Part shown: one piece after another, positions 49,468 to 54,717 of the stretch | Layout of the letters: the number at the start of each line of letters is the position of its first letter | Numbering within the stretch: the first letter of the stretch is position 1 | Source of the DNA: Chrysochromulina tobinii | Lineage: Eukaryota | Direction of reading: 5' to 3' | Length of the DNA stretch: 54,717 nt | NCBI GenBank assembly: GCA_001275005.1 | Contig: JWZX01002799.1 | Span: 1 to 54,717, forward strand | Position numbers and translations under genes: made by a program | The notes under the pieces: generated by a model | Told to the model about the DNA's origin: nothing | Databases searched by the model: none | Seen by the model: only the letters and a program-made list of their open reading frames with translations

Positions 49468-52400
49468 CTAAAGCATCTCCCCACGAAGCAGGAGCTTGGG
49501 CAGCCCCTCCGCCACCACCTCCCTCGCGAGGTGCGGGCAGAGGTGCGGGAAGATGAGCAGGCGGCCGCGCCGCGGCGTCACAGCGGCAAGCACTCGTGAA
49601 GGCTGCGCGAGCCGTTGGAGCAGAACCGTCTCGCCGCCTACCGTGCAATCGGTGAGGTAAAGGATAAAGGTGCATTTGGAGGTGCGCCCGTCACGGCGCG
49701 TGCGGCTCAGGTCGACGTGCGGAGGCAGACCGCCGCCTGCCTCGGCGTACAGAAGGTAGCGCATCTGTACCATCGCCTCGCCCTCACACGGCGGGGACTC
49801 GCCCGAAACTCGCGCCGCCCCGAGCACGGCCGCTCGAAGCGCGTTCACCACCCATCCCTCGGCGTCGCAGTAGTACGAGCGGTCGTTGAGGCCCTGCGAA
49901 CAGCGCGCTCGCGCTGCCATCGGAAGCGACGAGTAGAGCTCGTCGAGGGCGACACAGACGCTCTCCGACACGCCACCGTCGATGTAGCAGGCGCCCGCCC
50001 CAGCGTGTAAAGAGGACGGTGGAACCAGGCGAACCAGGCGAGGCTCTGGCGGCACGGGCTGCCAGCTGGGCACCTGGCCTGGCTGGAGAATCGTGGCGAG
50101 GGCGTGTCGAAGCACATACTCCACCGGCGCGAGCCGTGCTGAACCGAGCGCGCCCACGTCGGCACCCGCCTCGGCGAGTAATGCGAGCACCTTCGTGTGC
50201 CCACGCGCGGCGGCCGCGCATGCCGCGGTCGAACCGCCGTGGGAGCGCGTGTCTGCGAGACAGACCAAGACGTAAGAGCATGCCATGAAAATGGCCATCA
50301 GTGGTCCTCAGTGGTCCTCAGCGGCACTCGCCTGCCGATAAACCAAGACGCAAGAGCAGGCGGAGTGCGGCCGAATGCCCATAGGCTGCGCTCAAGAAGA
50401 CGGCGTTCTGCCCATACTCATCGAGCGCACCGCTCAGATCAAAGCCGACGCCGATGAGCGCCTCGAGTCGTACCTGTGGGGAGAGGGTACCGTGGTGAGC
50501 ACTTGCAGCAGCGAGACTCAGCGTCACGCGCCGTAGTGAGCACATACCAAGTCGCCCTCGGCCGCGGCGGCCGCTGCTTGCTCGCGACGTTTCTCGTCGT
50601 TGAGCATGCGCATCTTGGCAAGGGCCGCCTCGCGTGGGGGGGCACTGCGCAGCGTGCGCCGGTTCTCTTTGGGAAGCTCTTTGGAATGGTCTGTGGAATG
50701 GTCGCGGCTGCCACCACTCGCGGTTTCGTCACCCTCGGCCTCGCCGCCCCCGGCGCCTTCATGTTCACAGTCGGCGGCCAGGCCGGCGAGCGCGGCTTTG
50801 GCACGCTGATCCGAGGCCCATTTGCGGCCTGCGGCGACAGCGTCGGCTGCGAGGATGTGTGCGTCAGACCAAATGAGTGGGCGCAGCAGCACGACACTCT
50901 GCGCGAGCACCTGCGAGGTCATGCGAGATCATGCGAGGTCATCCGAGGTCATCAGAGGTCATCAGAGGTCATCAAAGGTCAACAAAAGTCATCAGAGGTC
51001 ATCAAAGGTCAACAAAAGTCTCAGAGGTCATCGGGGTCATCAGCATTATACCTCCCAACGAGCAGTGCCGCTTGCATCCATCTCTAAGCGCAACCAGCCG
51101 ATTGCACGCACGAGGTCACCACGCGCCGCGAGCGAGATGGCGAGCCGTGCCTCGATCAGGTGGGCTCGCGCCTCACTCGCACGCGCATCTGGTGCCGCCT
51201 CGTGTGCCGCCACGTGCACTTGCCCGAGCACGCGGAGATCGAGTACTAGCTGAAGCTGCGCAGGTACTGGCGGCTCATCAGGGTCAAATACGACGGCGTG
51301 CTCCAAGGGTGGCACAGCTTCGAAACGCAGAGAGCCCGGCGCACCTGCGAGGTACTCAGAGGCACTCAGAGGCAATCAAAGACACTCAAAGCAATCCCTT
51401 ATTCATGAGGAAAGTCAGCTGCTTCCCGAGGGTTTTATCAAAGGCACTCAGAGCAATGCCGCCTCACTCATGAGGAAAGTCAGCTGCTTCCCGAGGGCCC
51501 GCCGCCGATCGACTTCCATCTCGATCAGGACGCGTCGCATGCTTGGTGCCTTTGGGCCCGCGCCGTCCACGCCGCCGGATGTACTCGATTTCGTCATCAT
51601 TTCGTCGATTTCTTCAGTCTCGGCTCCGCACCGGGGCTGCCGTGCCGGTATGCATGCGAGCTCGTCGACCGGAGATGCATTCGAGCTCGTTCGCGGTTCG
51701 TCACGTTCGTCAGAATGCACAGGAGGTGCATTCGAACTCTCCCCAGCTCGCCAGCTCTCCACCTCGACGCTACACACCTCTTCGGGCGCCTTGCTCTTAT
51801 CAGCAGCAGCAGCAGCGGACCGAACATACCCAGCCGCAGCACCGGCGGTGAGTGACCTTGCATTTTCCAGTGCCCACGCCGCGAGCGCCGCCGGTAGCCC
51901 TTCGCGGCAAAGGCTCGGCGGCGGCGGCCGAAGCGTCTCGTCCACGACCCGGGGGGCCGCACAGCCGCGACAGACGGGCCGCGAACCAAAGTTAGCGTAC
52001 GCGCAGCATTCACACGTCCAGTCGGCCAGAGGACGTGGTGCGCCTCCTTGGCCGCTCGGCGGCTCGAGTCCGCGCGCTGCCAGCTCGATGGCGGCGGAAG
52101 GGTCCTCCGCCCCACGCATGGGTGCGTGCGCGCCGCATCGAGGGCAGACGATCTCATCGCCCTCCACGCCGACCTCCTCGTCCGTCTCCCTGTCCGTGTG
52201 TCGGTCGCCCTCGTCATCACCATCACCATCCTCGTCGTGGCGGCGTGGCGTGGTAAGCAGAGTGCGCCACACGCAGCCTTCGCAGACCGCGCACCCACAG
52301 GCATCAAAACACACGGTTCGCCCTGTCACACCACACTTGGCGCAGGGCGGCAGCGGCGCGGCGCCGAGCACGACGTCGCGCGCGGCAAAGCAGCGCAGCC

Positions 52401-52860
52401 GTGCGACGCATTCGACTGCATATGTAGCTGCGGCGCTTTCGAGGCCAGAGCCCGTGCGTCGCGAAAGACGCTCACTCAGCTCCTTTTCCTCCTCAGCGGA
52501 GAGAGCACCAGCGGGCGCACGGTCTGAGATTGTCGGTGCCGCACCGCCGATCAGCAGCTGCTTTACAATGTCGTGCCGCCGCCGCCACGCCGCGTAGCTC
52601 AGGAGCGTAATTCGCTTCTCGAAGCCAACATTATTGGTGCCCAGCCGCGTGTGAGATGCGGGCATGGCGTGCAATGAGTCTAGATCTATCGCTGCCAGCG
52701 CGCGCACACCGAACCGCTTGGAGATACGATGGTCGATTGCGTTGAAGAGATCAGCCACCTCTGATGGAGAGAGCGGCCGACGAGGTGCTAGCGTGCCGTC
52801 ACGGAGGGCAGCGTAAATCACGCGGCGCTCGCGGTGGCGAGGCGCCTCCTTGCCACCCAT
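49468..52860 (-). CDS. Multidomain protein: ankyrin-like + RING-like + RanBP2 zinc finger + ankyrin repeats + C-terminal prolyl-4-hydroxylase-like 2OG-Fe(II) oxygenase (multi-exon; may be two genes)
   Basis: TLLSYAAWRRRHDIVKQLL; CAKC...CGCAVCEGC...CPRC; DWTCECCAYANFGSRPVCRGC; EYGQNAVFLSAAYGH, GSTAACAAAARGH; RYLLY...LPPHVD...TFILYL..C..GGET...PRRGRLLIFPH.CPH....V....KLLLRGE. Confidence 0.65.
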
Positions 52861-53238
52861 TTGTGGAGTTACTACAATGAGATCGCGTGCCTTGCTTGAT
52901 GTGTGTTGCGACGGTGAGTGACGACGCTCTTGCGTCGGCACACAGCGTTCGTCGCCATCGAACGAAACCCGCAAACCCGAGGTGTGAATTGGAAGTTCAC
53001 CGAGATGAAGATGCGCCTTATCAAGGACGCGCTTAAGGCGACCGGGCGGGGCTAAGCGTTAAGCGGCCCGGCCCGGCGGCTGATCGAGGACAAGGGGGTC
53101 CAGGGGAGACGGGGTCCCCGAGCTTCTTTAGTCAAACCGCACACGTATGTACGCCGGTCCGGTGTCTTGGGTGTCGAATGGTACCTGTCGAATTATAAAC
53201 ATTGGCTGTGAATTGGCTATCTAAGATTTCTGAAGCCA

Positions 53239-54507
53239 TCAGCGCCCGACTTCTCCCGCCATGGGTCCCATCGTATGGCACTGCGTGAGCGTTGCGCGCA
53301 GCTCGCCCGACGCAGGGCACGCGGCAAAGCAAGGCACGGAGCGCGCCTCGGCCTCATCCTCAGCGGTGGGCGCGACCCCAAATTGGAACTTGCAAGAGAG
53401 AGTCGTGTAGTCGGGCACCATGCGCATGGGCACACCCATGTCCTCATTGAAGAACTTCTGCGTCGGCATTTTGCAGGCATTGACGCAGATGCTCGCGCAT
53501 GCCGCCTCCTCAAGAAAGCGGCAACGGCGCACAACGACCTGCTGCCCCACGCCGTCGCCTACCGTCGAGCGCGCGCGCACGTCCGCATCGAGGTTCGTCA
53601 CTTCACAAGGGCCCATGAGCCATTGGCCCATCTGTGCTGTAGCCCACGCGTTGAGCTTGGCGGAGAAGGCGGGAAACGGCCTGGCGAAGAGCTGCTCGAA
53701 CCAGTACGGGAGGCCGCGCCGGCCAGCGGGCGCAAACGGCGGCCAATCGGGGAAGAGCTCGTTGAGCACGCGCCGGGCGGCGACGGCGCTCGCTGGTCCG
53801 CGGATAGCGACCAGCCTTCTAGCCAAGTCGACGATGCCGCCAAATCCGTGGACGCTCGAGTCGCTGCCGAGCTCGGCCGCCAGCGCCGCGCGGAAGGCCC
53901 GCTCAAAGAAGGCATCGGCCGTGCGTCCAAGTGGGCCAGCGGAGACGCCTTCCTCCCACGCAGCTGCCGAGTCGACGCCGACGGGGGGCCATGCGCCGGC
54001 GCTGGCCATCGAATCGGTCGGCTTAGCCGCCATGCGCGACCGAAACGGCGGTGCCGTGGTCGACACCAGAGGAGGCGAGGAGGGCGCCGCTGCTAGCGGC
54101 GGCAGCGGCGGTGGTACAGAAGACCCGAGGAACGCCTCCCAAGTGGTGAACTCCGAGTAGTAGCGATCGGGCTGTGTTGGCAGCCGCGCAGCTTCGCCCC
54201 CATCTTGTTGGACGCGTGCATACTCGGCCTGACTTTGTACGCCACGGGAACGCACGAGGGCGAGTGCTTCGTCCCACGACAGCGGTACACCCAGCCAGTC
54301 CTCCCATCCTCGAAACTCATTCGCCCACACCACTTCCGGGTTCTTGGGAAGCCGATACGGACCCGGGCAGCTGTACTCGAGCCATTCGTCTTTGGTGCTT
54401 AAGGCCATCGCACGAGCAAACTTGCGAGCCTCCTCGAAGCTCAGGTTGGCGAATGGCGACGGCTTCGCAAGCATGGCGATCGCTGCGCGGACGACGATCG
54501 TGCGCAT
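53239..54507 (-). CDS. D27-like beta-carotene isomerase (DUF4033) with two N-terminal W-rich helical repeats
   Basis: QWLMGPCEV, RCRFLEEAACASICVNACKMPTQKFFNEDMGVPMRMVPDYTTLSCKFQFGVAP. N-terminal LSFEEARKFAR...EW...LPKNPE..W..EFRGWEDWLG occurs twice. Start could be 54603. Confidence 0.8.
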   Translation of the reverse strand: MRTIVVRAAIAMLAKPSPFANLSFEEARKFARAMALSTKDEWLEYSCPGPYRLPKNPEVVWANEFRGWEDWLGVPLSWDEALALVRSRGVQSQAEYARVQQDGGEAARLPTQPDRYYSEFTTWEAFLGSSVPPPLPPLAAAPSSPPLVSTTAPPFRSRMAAKPTDSMASAGAWPPVGVDSAAAWEEGVSAGPLGRTADAFFERAFRAALAAELGSDSSVHGFGGIVDLARRLVAIRGPASAVAARRVLNELFPDWPPFAPAGRRGLPYWFEQLFARPFPAFSAKLNAWATAQMGQWLMGPCEVTNLDADVRARSTVGDGVGQQVVVRRCRFLEEAACASICVNACKMPTQKFFNEDMGVPMRMVPDYTTLSCKFQFGVAPTAEDEAEARSVPCFAACPASGELRATLTQCHTMGPMAGEVGR

Positions 54508-54717
54508 CAGAAATGATTGATCCGCTACACACAAAGTTTCGGCAAAGTTCCTTTCGAGATGCGGAACGATGCGGGCGTGCCCGCCCGCCCATCCCGGCGC
54601 CATTGTGATAAAAAAAAGTTCCAACCTTGGTGGATAGTGACACGGAGTGTCTCTGAGGAGAAGCTAGTATCATCGCGCCGCGTCCAATCACTCCCGACCA
54701 CAGAAGTTCCTCTAACT

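Noticed and set aside
53020..53125. GC-rich palindromic segment (gggggtccagggg...ccccg) suggestive of a MITE end
   Set aside because: No second terminus or TSD identifiable in the window.

Overview
Eukaryotic, GC-rich nuclear DNA with spliceosomal introns, most consistent with a haptophyte alga (Chrysochromulina-like). That assignment is an inference from plastid-related genes such as FKBP19 and D27, GC-AG donors and microsatellite-filled introns. The left end (1-2475, minus strand) is the 5' part of an APE-type non-LTR retrotransposon whose ORF2 carries a 2A/StopGo peptide (WIRDLTEEGIEPNPG-P) directly in front of the endonuclease. It is followed by a GCATT satellite and an intron-poor island of four glycosyltransferase genes plus an orphan chromodomain (3.9-9.8 kb). 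The rest holds about 15 host genes: a signal-peptide Trx-TrxR-ARMET_C fusion, an exostosin-like GT, a secreted 2xSOD-Hint protein, a flavoprotein, FKBP19, an AAA ATPase, a TM-HET-LRR protein, 2OG and JmjC oxygenases, a degenerate radical SAM protein, a SET-like protein, a DFF40/CAD-like nuclease pseudogene, a HET-NACHT-LRR (NLR) gene, a multi-zinc-finger/ankyrin/2OG gene and a D27-like isomerase. The most striking non-coding signal is a recurrent intron design: each intron starts with a copy of the start of the next exon (which begins GT/GC) and ends in one of a few stereotyped acceptor cassettes or branch-point-like tandem arrays. This suggests an active intron-generating mechanism. All calls come from reading motifs by eye, no searches were run, and internal exon boundaries of multi-intron genes are approximate.
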